Assembly: GCA_963768085.1 (NCBI GenBank)
Contig: CAVYGO010000004.1
Coordinates: forward strand, 12,135-76,134
DNA: 64,000 bases
Reading direction: 5' to 3'
DNA from: an uncultured Flavobacteriaceae bacterium
Lineage (GTDB): Bacteria > Bacteroidota > Bacteroidia > Flavobacteriales > Flavobacteriaceae
The position numbers and the translations under genes were made by a program. The notes under the pieces were generated by a model. That model worked only from the letters and a program-made list of their open reading frames with translations, made no database searches and had not been told where the DNA came from. This document shows positions 1 to 8,831 of this stretch, piece after piece. Positions within the stretch are counted from its first letter, which is position 1. Every line of letters begins with the position of its first letter.

Positions 1-509
1 CGTTTGGCCATTTTTCCATTGATTACCGAGAATACGGACCCGAGGAATGAAGAACACAGCGCCAGAATTATACCCATTAGATAACCTGTTTCAAACTGAA
101 AGATTATATAAAGACCTACTACAACCAACAGCCCGAACAGAACTTCATAACCAATGATCCTGCGTCTGTAATAAAGTGGCTCCAGGAAAGAAGTAAAGAA
201 TGCCCCGGTAGACATCACTGCGAGCGTAACGGACACGTTAGAAACTTTTATCGCCCCGAAGAAGGCAAGCCAATGTAATGCGATGAGCAATCCCGCAATA
301 AAAAATCCTCCAATGGCGCGTCGTGAATATTTCAGATTGATCTTTCTGAATTTCAGAAATATTAAAATGAAGCCTGTGGCCATCAGCATTCTGTACCATA
401 CAAGCGGTATGGCGTCAATAGAAATAAGTGCACCCAAGACGGCTGTAAAGCCCCAGATGAAAACGATAACATGTAAATGCAGGTAATTAAAAAGCCTAGC
501 GTTTTGCAT
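1..509 (-). CDS. EamA/DMT-family transporter (partial; C-terminus lies beyond the window start)
   Basis: Absent from the ORF track because it runs off the edge. My minus-strand translation from the ATG (reverse complement of 507-509) reads MQNARLFNYLHLHVIVFIWGFTAVLGALISIDAIPLVWYRMLMATGF...AFFGAIKVSNVSVTLAVMSTGAFFTSFLEP..., which is multi-TM and EamA-like. The + ORF 283..486 is antisense to it. Confidence 0.65.
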   Translation of the reverse strand, partial: MQNARLFNYLHLHVIVFIWGFTAVLGALISIDAIPLVWYRMLMATGFILIFLKFRKINLKYSRRAIGGFFIAGLLIALHWLAFFGAIKVSNVSVTLAVMSTGAFFTSFLEPLYYRRRIIGYEVLFGLLVVVGLYIIFQFETGYLMGIILALCSSFLGSVFSVINGKMAK

Positions 510-1575
510 TCCGTAATAGATATATGGCTAAAATACCAAATACAATATTAGGGAACCAGGTCGCAAGGAAAGGTGAGAACGTACTTTGTTGCGCCATAGT
601 CCCGAATATCTTGTCAAAAAATATATAAACCATACCGATAGCGATCCCTATGGCCAGATTAACACCCATCCCTCCTCGTCGCTTCATGGAAGAGACTGCT
701 ACTGCAATAATAGTTAGTATATAGGCCGAAACAGGAAGACTCCATCTTTTATAGCGCACAACCTCGTAGCGATTAATATAGGAGGAGCCTCGCTCTTTTT
801 CTCTTGCGATAAATTTATTTAGCTCCGGGTAATTAAGTGTCTCGGCTATGTATTCAACCGGGGTGAGGTCTTCCAGTTCGAAAGTGAAGGTCGTATCTAC
901 TTTCGCACGTTTTTCGAGTATATCTTCATTTTCCCCAATAGTCCTCTTTTTGTAATTGAACATACTATAGGTACTGTCCTTTTCATTAAACTTAATCCTG
1001 CTGGCCGAGATCTTAAAGGTCATCTTATTTCCTTCAATATGCTCCAGGGTAAAATTATTTCCGGATTTTTCCTTAACATTAAAGTAGCTTACATAGATAT
1101 AATCGTTGTCATTTATCTGCCTGTATACATTAGTCTGGTTCCTGTCGCGTTTACCTTTTTTCAGATAATTATAGGTAAATTCATTAAAGCCTTTACTGGC
1201 CATTGGAGCCAGGTACATTCCAAGGATCAATGCTCCTATGCATACAATAGTTGCACCTATGATATAGGGTCTTAAAAAGCGGTAATATGACACACCACTG
1301 CTAAGAAATGCGATTACTTCGGTGTTATTGGCCAATTTCGATGTAAACCAGATCACGGAGAGGAACAGAAATAGTGGAAACAACAGATTAGCAAAATAAA
1401 CCGTGAAATCCAGGTAATAAATGGCTACGGCCATAAAAGGAGCTTCATTAGCCAGGATCTTATCGATCTTTTCTGCAAGGTTCACAGTGATTCCAATAGG
1501 AATGAATAACAATAACATGAGAATGAACGTTCCCAGATATTTTCGCAATATGTACCTGTCTAGTATGCTTAGCAT
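496..1575 (-). CDS. LptF/LptG-family (YjgP/YjgQ) LPS export permease
   Basis: 359 aa. N-terminus MLSILDRYILRKYLGTFILMLLLF is typical of LptF/G. Layout is TM helices, a periplasmic beta-jellyroll-like middle and C-terminal TM helices. The stop overlaps the tgt start region. Confidence 0.85.
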   Translation of the reverse strand: MLSILDRYILRKYLGTFILMLLLFIPIGITVNLAEKIDKILANEAPFMAVAIYYLDFTVYFANLLFPLFLFLSVIWFTSKLANNTEVIAFLSSGVSYYRFLRPYIIGATIVCIGALILGMYLAPMASKGFNEFTYNYLKKGKRDRNQTNVYRQINDNDYIYVSYFNVKEKSGNNFTLEHIEGNKMTFKISASRIKFNEKDSTYSMFNYKKRTIGENEDILEKRAKVDTTFTFELEDLTPVEYIAETLNYPELNKFIAREKERGSSYINRYEVVRYKRWSLPVSAYILTIIAVAVSSMKRRGGMGVNLAIGIAIGMVYIFFDKIFGTMAQQSTFSPFLATWFPNIVFGILAIYLLRNAKR

Positions 1576-2705
1576 TACAAGCGCTTATCCATTTGTTTTA
1601 CCATCATGTCCTTCCAGCTTCTGAAGTCCCCGGCTAAGATATGTTTTCTCGCCTCACGAACCAACCACATATAAAAGCCCAGATTATGAATAGTGGCAAT
1701 CTGTCTGCCCAGCATTTCATTCACGGTGAACAGATGCCGCAGATATGCCTTGCTATATGCGTTATCTACCCAGGTTATATGCATCGGATCAATGGCTGAA
1801 AAATCGTCTTCCCATTTCTTGTTCTTAATATTTATGGTCCCATGCGCCGTAAAGAGCATACCATTTCGTCCGTTACGCGTGGGCATTACACAATCGAACA
1901 TGTCGATTCCTAACGCAATATTTTCCAGAATATTTATCGGCGTTCCCACTCCCATTAAATAACGAGGTTTGTCCTCTGGAAGTATCTCGGTGACCACAGC
2001 TGTCATCTCATACATTTCTTCGGCCGGTTCCCCGACCGAAAGTCCCCCGATCGCGTTACCTGGTGCATCCACGTTAGCAATGTATTCGGCGGACTGTTTT
2101 CTAAGATCTTTGTAAGTACTTCCCTGAACTATGGGGAAAAATGCCTGTTCGAAATCGTACTTTAACGGGGTTTTTTCTAAATGATTCATACACCGATCCA
2201 ACCAGCGGTGCGTCATGTGCATTGACCGCCTGGCATAATCGTAATCGCAGGGATAGGGTGTACATTCATCGAATGCCATAATGATATCAGCGCCTATAGC
2301 GCGTTGTATCTCCATAACATTCTCTGGGGTAAAGACATGAAAGCTGCCATCGATATGCGATTTGAATTTAACACCTTCTTCCTTTATTTTCCTGTTGGCA
2401 GAAAGCGAATAGACCTGGTAACCTCCGCTGTCGGTCAAGATGTTCCTGTCCCAGTTCATGAATTTATGTAATCCTCCTGCTTTTTCAAGTATATGGGTTT
2501 GCGGACGAAGATATAAATGATACGTATTGCCAAGAATGATATCGGGATTGATGTCTTCTGTAAGCTCCCTCTGATGCACTCCCTTTACCGTTCCTACAGT
2601 TCCTACCGGCATGAAAATAGGAGTTTGAATGTCACCATGTCCTACCGTGATCGTACCGGCCCTGGCTGCTGAATTATCATCCTTTCCTTCAAGTTTGAAG
2701 CGCAT
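1575..2705 (-). CDS. tgt: tRNA-guanine transglycosylase (queuine tRNA-ribosyltransferase)
   Basis: 376 aa. Motifs TPIFMPVGT, LTDSGGYQV and MAFDEC, plus the C-terminal Zn-site region, all characteristic of Tgt. Confidence 0.95.
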   Translation of the reverse strand: MRFKLEGKDDNSAARAGTITVGHGDIQTPIFMPVGTVGTVKGVHQRELTEDINPDIILGNTYHLYLRPQTHILEKAGGLHKFMNWDRNILTDSGGYQVYSLSANRKIKEEGVKFKSHIDGSFHVFTPENVMEIQRAIGADIIMAFDECTPYPCDYDYARRSMHMTHRWLDRCMNHLEKTPLKYDFEQAFFPIVQGSTYKDLRKQSAEYIANVDAPGNAIGGLSVGEPAEEMYEMTAVVTEILPEDKPRYLMGVGTPINILENIALGIDMFDCVMPTRNGRNGMLFTAHGTINIKNKKWEDDFSAIDPMHITWVDNAYSKAYLRHLFTVNEMLGRQIATIHNLGFYMWLVREARKHILAGDFRSWKDMMVKQMDKRL

Positions 2706-2865
2706 AATCTGGGTTTACATAGCTCACGCCATTTATAGGCTGTAAAGATATAATGATTTATGGGTTTATCATCCCAATTTATTGTTAGAACAAACGCTTT
2801 TATATAGATGTTATAATTATGTTAACTAAAACTACTAAATCGTTAATAACTGCCCTATGTTGCTC

Positions 2866-2896
2866 TTTGTTCCACTTTCAGAATACGTTACTTTTG
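2866..2896 (+). promoter_or_regulatory. Bacteroidota sigma-A type promoter (TTTG -33 / TACTTTTG -7) upstream of the transketolase operon
   Basis: TTTG at 2866-2869, a 19-nt spacer, then TACTTTTG at 2889-2896 (consensus TAnnTTTG), about 20 nt upstream of the ATG at 2917. Confidence 0.4.
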
Positions 2897-2916
2897 ACAC
2901 TGAAAAAATAAAAACT

Positions 2917-3762
2917 ATGCCGGATATCTCTTATCTCAATGATTTAGTAATTCAAGTTCGCAGGGACATTTTAAGACAGGTTCATAAAGTAAATTCAGGA
3001 CATCCCGGAGGCTCACTTGGATGTACAGAATTCTTCGTAGCACTATTCCAGGAAATCATGGACCGCAAAGAAGAATTCGATATGGATGGAAAAGAAGAGG
3101 ATATATTTTTTCTTTCCAACGGACACATATCGCCTGTGTTTTACAGTGTTTTAGCGCGCTCCGGTTATTTTCCGGTGGAAGAACTTAATACCTTCAGACT
3201 TATTAATACGCGATTACAGGGTCATCCCACAACACATGAAGGACTTCCGGGGATACGTGTGGCATCAGGGTCTCTGGGGCAAGGTATATCTGTTTCTATT
3301 GGCGCTGCAGAAACTAAGAAACTCAACAGTGATGCACACCTGGTGTATACTTTATGTGGCGACGGAGAACTTCAGGAAGGTCAGAATTGGGAGGCAATTA
3401 TGTATGCAGCAGCAAATGAAATTGATAACCTGGTTGTGACGGTTGATTATAACGGACAGCAGATCGATGGCAGTACAGATAACGTACTCCCAATGGGTAA
3501 CCTTAAAGCTAAATTTGATGCCTTTGGATGGGACGTGCTTGAAATTGCCAACGGCAACGACCTTTCTCAACTACTGGAAGGAATGCACACTGCCAAAAAA
3601 ATGACAGGACAGGGCAAACCTGTATGTGTTTTAATGACAACTGTAATGGGCAATGGCGTAGACTTCATGATGCATACGCATGACTGGCATGGGAAAGCAC
3701 CTAATGACGAACAATTGCAAACTGCATTGGCTCAGAATCCGGAAACCTTAGGCGATTATTAG
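2917..3762 (+). CDS. Transketolase, N-terminal (thiamine-diphosphate-binding) subunit
   Basis: Track ORF 2857..3762. I prefer the internal ATG at 2917 (MPDISYLNDL...) because the promoter motif lies inside the longer ORF. Motifs GHPGGSLG, GHISP, GSLGQG and CGDGELQEG are typical of split transketolase. Confidence 0.9.
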   Translation: MPDISYLNDLVIQVRRDILRQVHKVNSGHPGGSLGCTEFFVALFQEIMDRKEEFDMDGKEEDIFFLSNGHISPVFYSVLARSGYFPVEELNTFRLINTRLQGHPTTHEGLPGIRVASGSLGQGISVSIGAAETKKLNSDAHLVYTLCGDGELQEGQNWEAIMYAAANEIDNLVVTVDYNGQQIDGSTDNVLPMGNLKAKFDAFGWDVLEIANGNDLSQLLEGMHTAKKMTGQGKPVCVLMTTVMGNGVDFMMHTHDWHGKAPNDEQLQTALAQNPETLGDY

Positions 3763-3763
3763 G

Positions 3764-4471
3764 ATGAAAAGAGCATTATTTCTTATTGTATTTGTAAGTG
3801 TCAACTTTTCAGGCATAGGTCAGGAACTATCCATATCGATGGATTATAATGTAGTCTATAGAATTCCCTCTCCTGCAAAAGGTACCGTGGATACAGTAGG
3901 GATCAGTTTCGATAAAATGGGTAAATACCTGTATTCAGATAATGCAATGCTGGGAAAAGATTTCGGGAGATCCGTATTCGAAAATCCAAATCTTGACCTC
4001 ACAACAGCCAGCTCGAATTTCATCGTGGATACCGAAAAAATGGAAGTGTACTTTCATTTTAGTTTAGATGAAAATATGATGTTCTTTAAAATGAATCTGG
4101 AAACCTTGTTACCCATTGAAGCTGACCCCTTTGAAGGTGATTTGGAAATCATAACTGAAAAAACAAAAGACCGCATAGAGATCGGTGGTAAACGCTACCC
4201 CTCCTATTTGTTATATCCGAGTTCCGAACCTGATGAACCACTAACCCTGGTGATCGACCCATCGAGACCGGTTAATAACTATAATGTAATTAATGAATTC
4301 ATCCAATTGATGCTTAGGAAGACGAACAGTAAGGGGAGTATGAGCCTAAATATCCCGGATGGACTGATTCTCGGAATCTATACGAAGAGCGGAACCCTTA
4401 TGGAAGCAATTACCGTAGAAGACATATCAACCCAAATAAATATTTCAAATCGATTCAAAATAGACGAATGA
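3764..4471 (+). CDS. Hypothetical secreted protein (signal peptide) inserted between the transketolase halves
   Basis: 235 aa. N-terminus [20 protein letters not shown] looks like a signal peptide. I recognise no domain. The ATG lies 1 nt after the upstream TAG, and its TGA overlaps the next ATG (ATGA at 4468-4471). Confidence 0.55.
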   Translation: MKRALFLIVFVSVNFSGIGQELSISMDYNVVYRIPSPAKGTVDTVGISFDKMGKYLYSDNAMLGKDFGRSVFENPNLDLTTASSNFIVDTEKMEVYFHFSLDENMMFFKMNLETLLPIEADPFEGDLEIITEKTKDRIEIGGKRYPSYLLYPSSEPDEPLTLVIDPSRPVNNYNVINEFIQLMLRKTNSKGSMSLNIPDGLILGIYTKSGTLMEAITVEDISTQINISNRFKIDE

Positions 4472-5421
4472 AAAAATATACTGATAGTGGCAAAAAAGAT
4501 ACCCGTTCCGGTTTTGGTGCCGGACTTACAGAACTAGGCAAAACGAATAAGGATGTGGTTGCCCTTTGTGCCGATCTAACCGGATCATTAAAAATGGACG
4601 AATTCAAAGCAAACCATCCCGAACGCTTTTTCCAGGTTGGGATCGCAGAAGCTAACATGATGGGTATTGCTGCAGGAATGACCATTGGTGGTAAAATTCC
4701 GTTCACAGGAACTTTCGCTAATTTTTCCACTGGAAGAGTTTACGACCAAATTCGCCAGAGTATCGCCTATAGCCATAAGAATGTGAAGATCTGCGCTTCT
4801 CATGCAGGTTTAACCCTGGGTGAAGATGGTGCAACCCACCAGATCCTCGAGGATATTGGATTAATGAAAATGTTACCCGGCATGACGGTTATAAACACCT
4901 GTGATTACAATCAGACCAAGGCTGCCACCATTTCAATCGCTGATCATCAAGGACCTGTATATCTGCGTTTTGGCCGTCCAAAAGTCGCAAATTTCACCCC
5001 TGAGGATCAGGTTTTCAAGATCGGCAAAGCAATACAACTGCAGGAAGGAAAAGATGTGACTATCGTGGCTACGGGTCACCTCGTATGGGAAGCACTTTTA
5101 GCTGCCGAATCATTGAGCGAACTAGGTATTTCTGCTGATGTGATAAACATACACACGATCAAACCACTGGACGAAGAAGCTATCTTAGAAAGTATCTCGA
5201 AAACAGGTTGTATAGTTACAGCCGAAGAACACAATTATTACGGTGGATTAGGAGAAAGTGTGGCCAGGGTTTTGGCTGAAAATAAGCCAACGGCACAGGA
5301 ATTTGTCGCGACCCAGGATACCTTTGGTGAATCCGGAACTCCAGCCCAGCTTATGGATAAATATGGTTTGAATGCTGAAGCCATTGTAAAGGCTGCTAAG
5401 AAAGTAATAGCACGAAAATAG
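4468..5421 (+). CDS. Transketolase, C-terminal (pyrimidine-binding) subunit
   Basis: 317 aa. [31 protein letters not shown] and the C-terminal domain are typical of the split-transketolase B subunit. Confidence 0.9.
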   Translation: MKKYTDSGKKDTRSGFGAGLTELGKTNKDVVALCADLTGSLKMDEFKANHPERFFQVGIAEANMMGIAAGMTIGGKIPFTGTFANFSTGRVYDQIRQSIAYSHKNVKICASHAGLTLGEDGATHQILEDIGLMKMLPGMTVINTCDYNQTKAATISIADHQGPVYLRFGRPKVANFTPEDQVFKIGKAIQLQEGKDVTIVATGHLVWEALLAAESLSELGISADVINIHTIKPLDEEAILESISKTGCIVTAEEHNYYGGLGESVARVLAENKPTAQEFVATQDTFGESGTPAQLMDKYGLNAEAIVKAAKKVIARK

Positions 5422-5502
5422 ATCTTTTTGTGCGCTACCCGGCCAAGCGATTTAGCAACGATTTTTCGTTTTAAGAACGCTAATTGAAGTAGGAAATCAA
5501 AT

Positions 5503-5541
5503 AAAAAAAGCCCCGCATAAAATTTTTGCGAGGCTTTTTAA
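5503..5541. terminator. Bidirectional rho-independent terminator between convergent genes
   Basis: A-run, then stem GCCCCGCA (5510-5517) pairing with TGCGAGGC (5527-5534) with one mismatch, then a T-run. Confidence 0.55.
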
Positions 5542-5559
5542 TTTTTGTTTCGTTACGTT

Positions 5560-6498
5560 TTAACTATCCGAATCCAAATAATCCACGATCCCATCTCCAT
5601 CTTCATCGGGATAGGTGATATTACCATCTCCATCAATCTCTATCTCATCACGTGTTGGACGTCCGTCATTGTCGTCATCTGCATCGACATAATTAGGCAG
5701 CGTATCGCTATCGGTATCATCATCTTCTTCCAGTTTATTTCCGTTAAGATCCTCGACCACGGACGGAACTCCGTCATTATCCTGATCTCCCATCTCATTT
5801 TCATACAACTGAAAAGCAAAGATAAGTTGTGCATAGGTTGGGATAGAAGAAGTAACAGGTGGATCAACATAGTAACCCAGACCTGCAGGCATGAATACCG
5901 CTCCAATTCCATATCCTTCAAAACTAACCGAACCGTCGGGGTTGGTAATGATTCCTGTTGCTCCCCTGAATTCCACTAACACGTCTTGTAAACCGTTTAC
6001 GATTCCGGTCATATCAAAACGTACGGGAATGGTTGAAGCATCAAAGCGTCTCGCATATGCCAAAGTAGACTCTTCTTTATTTATAAAAATGCCATCATAG
6101 CTAATAGTGGCGATGTCCGCAAAATCAGGTCGATTACCTTCGCCTTCTTCCACGACCAGGTAGTACAGCGTATAGACTAGTCCGTCTTTAACGCGATCCT
6201 TCGCCATTTTTGAAGTCACTTGATCACGAAGTGGAATCTTATCGGCATTTGCGCCAGCTATGGTATCGAATTTTATCTGGAAATCGAAATTTGCCGGTGG
6301 GTTGGCAAATTCCTCGTAATTGTAAAAATGGGTGTCGAGATATTCTTCAATAATCGCCTGCGACGCAGGTGCTTCTTCGCCCCGATCCCTAGCAGGAACA
6401 AAGTTACTATCCGGCGCATCGTCTTTTTTACACGAGGATACTATCGCCATAGTAGCGAGGGTAATTGACAGAATGCTTATGTAATTTTTCATCATCAT
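5560..6498 (-). CDS. Lipoprotein with an FKBP-like domain and C-terminal Asp-rich thrombospondin type-3-like Ca-binding repeats
   Basis: 312 aa. Lipobox ...IVSSCKKDD. The middle region ISYDGIF...FDAS..PVRFDMTGIVNGLQDVLVEF...AVFMPAGLGYY follows the FKBP fold pattern. The C-terminus DDDTDSDTLPNYVDADDDNDG...DGDGNITYPDEDGDGIVDYLDSD is DxDxDG-type repeats. Confidence 0.55.
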   Translation of the reverse strand: MMMKNYISILSITLATMAIVSSCKKDDAPDSNFVPARDRGEEAPASQAIIEEYLDTHFYNYEEFANPPANFDFQIKFDTIAGANADKIPLRDQVTSKMAKDRVKDGLVYTLYYLVVEEGEGNRPDFADIATISYDGIFINKEESTLAYARRFDASTIPVRFDMTGIVNGLQDVLVEFRGATGIITNPDGSVSFEGYGIGAVFMPAGLGYYVDPPVTSSIPTYAQLIFAFQLYENEMGDQDNDGVPSVVEDLNGNKLEEDDDTDSDTLPNYVDADDDNDGRPTRDEIEIDGDGNITYPDEDGDGIVDYLDSDS

Positions 6499-6572
6499 TT
6501 TTTATAGGGCACAAAGATACAATTTTCCGTTATTTTTGTATTCAATATTAACGTAGAATTAAGGGTGATTGT

Positions 6573-6947
6573 ATGAGGATCGATAAATACTTATGGTGCC
6601 TGCGCTATTATAAAACCAGGAGTATCGCCATCAAAGCTTGTAAGAAAGGAGCGGTTTCAGTGAATGGCAGTACCGTTAAGCCTTCACGGGATGTATACCC
6701 CGGAGATTCCATCGGAATTCGAAGGGATCAGATAAATTATACGCTGGAAGTTCTGGATCTCCCTGAAAGCCGTCTGGGGGCAAAGCTTGTAGATATGTAT
6801 AGAAAGGATACTACCCCTAAGGAAGCCTTTGCAAATAAGGAATTAGTAAAATATTCGCGGGATTATTATCGTAAAAAGGGTGTTGGGAGGCCTACAAAGA
6901 AAGATCGCCGGGATCTGGAAGATTTCACGGAAACGGAAACGGATTAA
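6573..6947 (+). CDS. S4-domain RNA-binding protein (Hsp15/HslR-like)
   Basis: 124 aa. MRIDKYLWCLRYYKTRSIAIKACKKGAVSVNG is an S4 alpha-L motif. The tail is basic. Confidence 0.7.
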   Translation: MRIDKYLWCLRYYKTRSIAIKACKKGAVSVNGSTVKPSRDVYPGDSIGIRRDQINYTLEVLDLPESRLGAKLVDMYRKDTTPKEAFANKELVKYSRDYYRKKGVGRPTKKDRRDLEDFTETETD

Positions 6948-6983
6948 AATGCCGGGTTTCTTATCTTTGGAAAAATCTTTAGT

Positions 6984-7484
6984 ATGTCACAGCCGACTAT
7001 AATACTTAACAAAACACAAATAGACCATAAACTAAAACGAATGGCCTACCAGGTCTATGAAACTAATATAGGGGAATCTGAGGTGGTTATCGCAGGTATA
7101 GAGAGTAACGGGTTTCTACTGGCAAAGAAGCTAAAACGACTGGTTGAAAATATTTCTCCATTAAAAATTACGTTGTGCAAAGTGACTATCGACAAGTCTA
7201 ATCCTACAACTCCTTTAAGAACATCACTATCAAAAGATGAATACGCCAATAAATCATTATTATTAGTCGACGACGTGCTACATAGTGGCACTACGCTAAT
7301 ATATGGTGTAAAGCACTTTCTGGATGTTCCGCTTAAACAATTTAAAACCGCAGTACTAGTAGACAGGAATCACAAGAAGTATCCTGTAAAAGCTGATTTC
7401 AAAGGAATTTCACTTTCAACTTCATTGAGTGAAAATATCTCCGTGATCTTTGAAAAGAACAACGATCGTGCTATACTAGAATAA
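6984..7484 (+). CDS. Phosphoribosyltransferase-family protein (PyrR-like)
   Basis: 166 aa. PRPP-binding loop LLLVDDVLHSGTTL. Confidence 0.7.
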   Translation: MSQPTIILNKTQIDHKLKRMAYQVYETNIGESEVVIAGIESNGFLLAKKLKRLVENISPLKITLCKVTIDKSNPTTPLRTSLSKDEYANKSLLLVDDVLHSGTTLIYGVKHFLDVPLKQFKTAVLVDRNHKKYPVKADFKGISLSTSLSENISVIFEKNNDRAILE

Positions 7485-7997
7485 TCTTAAAACAATTTCC
7501 TTTACGATTTCCTTCACCGATAATCCGTATGTCACTATGGTCTCGGAAGATTTCTCATACACATGGGTGCGTTCGAAGAGATGCTTTCGGACGAAGTCAG
7601 ATAGATCTTCTGTGGATTCCAGATGGGATATCAAGGGCCGTGTTGAACGCTCGGCATACAAACGTTTTGTGAGCATTTCGAGGGATGCCTTTAAATAAAT
7701 GGTTTTTACGTTCTGTTGCTCTAGAAGGAAATCCATGCTGTTCCCATAACAGGGTGTACCCCCTCCGGTAGCGAGTACCATTTTTTGATGTACACCCACT
7801 ATTTCCCGTAGAATTTCTCCTTCTCTCTTCCTGAAAAAGATTTCACCTTTGTTCTTGAATATTTCTGAAATTGTGGCACCTTCATGTTCTTCGATCACCT
7901 GGTCGATATCTAAATACGGATAGCTCAGCATTGCCGCAAGCGCTTTACTTACTGCGGTTTTACCACTTCCCATATAACCGATAAGTACTAAGTTCAT
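7476..7997 (-). CDS. aroK: Shikimate kinase
   Basis: 173 aa. Walker A GYMGSGKT, then DLD..IE and the GGG lid motif (ATGGGTPC). Confidence 0.9.
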   Translation of the reverse strand: MNLVLIGYMGSGKTAVSKALAAMLSYPYLDIDQVIEEHEGATISEIFKNKGEIFFRKREGEILREIVGVHQKMVLATGGGTPCYGNSMDFLLEQQNVKTIYLKASLEMLTKRLYAERSTRPLISHLESTEDLSDFVRKHLFERTHVYEKSSETIVTYGLSVKEIVKEIVLRLF

Positions 7998-8066
7998 TGT
8001 TAATTAGAATAATTTTTGGTGGGACGAAGCCTGCTTTAAATTATAAGTAAATTTAATTTAATATGC

Positions 8067-8098
8067 TTTGAAAAATAAATTTATTGATAGTATATTTG
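8067..8098 (+). promoter_or_regulatory. Bacteroidota sigma-A type promoter for the tRNA-Lys/tRNA-Leu unit
   Basis: TTTG at 8067-8070, a 20-nt spacer, then TATATTTG at 8091-8098. It sits about 60 nt upstream of tRNA-Lys. Confidence 0.5.
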
Positions 8099-8161
8099 CA
8101 CCCTCCTAGGCAGTACGCAGTTGCGAATGCTTTGGAAGGTGCGGAATAGCGCCTTTAAGGA

Positions 8162-8234
8162 GACCTGATAGCTCAGTTGGTAGAGCACCTCCCTTTTAAG
8201 GAGGTGGTCCTGGGTTCGAGCCCCAGTCAGGTCA
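8162..8234 (+). tRNA. tRNA-Lys (anticodon TTT)
   Basis: Hand-folded cloverleaf. Acceptor GACCTGA/TCAGGTC, D-arm GCTC-AGTTGGTA-GAGC, anticodon arm CCTCC-CTTTTAA-GGAGG, T-arm CTGGG-TTCGAGC-CCCAG, discriminator A. CCA is not encoded. Confidence 0.92.
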
Positions 8235-8240
8235 CAATAA

Positions 8241-8271
8241 AAGTTAAGCCCGGCGGTTTAACTTTTTTTTT
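8241..8271 (+). terminator. Terminator-like hairpin plus T-run between the two tRNAs
   Basis: AAGTTAAGCC / GGTTTAACTT form a roughly 10-bp stem around a CGGC loop. A T9 run follows and ends 1 nt before tRNA-Leu. Confidence 0.5.
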
Positions 8272-8355
8272 GCCCGGGTGCTGGAATTGGTAGACAGGCA
8301 TGGTTGAGGGCCATGTGTCCAATAGGGCGTGTGGGTTCGACTCCCATCTCGGGCA
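8272..8355 (+). tRNA. tRNA-Leu (anticodon GAG), long variable arm
   Basis: Acceptor GCCCGGG/CTCGGGC, anticodon arm CATGG-TTGAGGG-CCATG, long variable arm, T-arm GTGGG-TTCGACT-CCCAT, discriminator A. Confidence 0.9.
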
Positions 8356-8358
8356 CTA

Positions 8359-8465
8359 AGAGTCATTCTGAAAGGAATGGCTTTTTTTGTTTACTGTTCT
8401 TAGCCCGCAATGGGTGTGGCGAAAAAGGTAAAAAGGATACTTTGCGCAGCAATGCTTTTTAGATT
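8359..8465 (+). repeat. Direct repeat copy 1 (107 nt; includes the terminator hairpin)
   Basis: Identical to 8517-8622 except for one extra T (TTTACTGTTC versus TTTACGTTC). Confidence 0.95.
8361..8388 (+). terminator. Rho-independent terminator after tRNA-Leu (first copy)
   Basis: Stem AGTCATTC / GAATGGCT (one G-U pair), loop TGAAAG, then a T7 run. Confidence 0.65.
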
Positions 8466-8516
8466 TTGAGCCATGCAATAACATACTCACATCGATTGAT
8501 AGATAATCGAGAATTG

Positions 8517-8622
8517 AGAGTCATTCTGAAAGGAATGGCTTTTTTTGTTTACGTTCTTAGCCCGCAATGGGTGTGGCGAAAAAGGTAAAAAGGATACTTT
8601 GCGCAGCAATGCTTTTTAGATT
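8517..8622 (+). repeat. Direct repeat copy 2 (106 nt; second copy of the terminator at 8519-8546)
   Basis: Read directly from the sequence. The period is 158 nt, so there are about 1.7 tandem units. Confidence 0.95.
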
Positions 8623-8831
8623 ACAAGCTATTCAATTGTTTTTTCTTGGCCTTACCTGGATATTTTCAGAAACTTAATTTGAAACCCGCTACAAAAGACC
8701 ATTTGGAAATTCGAATCAATCCTGTAAACTAAAATAACCCGAACTTATTAATCCATTTTGTTTATATTTTTGAGAAATGTATTAAACACTTTATTCAAAT
8801 TTTACTAACTTTCATCATTTAAATTTGTTCT

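Noticed and set aside
283-486. The + strand 67-aa ORF at the left edge.
   Set aside because: It is antisense to a much better EamA-type transporter reading frame that runs off the window.
8359-8622. Possible CRISPR array.
   Set aside because: There are only two copies, each about 107 nt long and containing a terminator. There are no cas genes and no short regular repeat-spacer structure anywhere in the window.
8820-8827. A TAAATTTG (-7-like) motif 4 nt upstream of the merR-like ATG, which would imply a leaderless transcript.
   Set aside because: There is no TTTG/TTG -33 element at the right spacing, and the region is AT-rich enough for the 8-mer to arise by chance.
8162-8831. Possible integrative element or genomic island at the tRNA-Lys/tRNA-Leu locus, suggested by the direct repeats just 3' of a tRNA.
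   Set aside because: The repeats are only 51 nt apart. No integrase, excisionase or cargo lies between or after them, and the next genes are the conserved carotenoid cluster.
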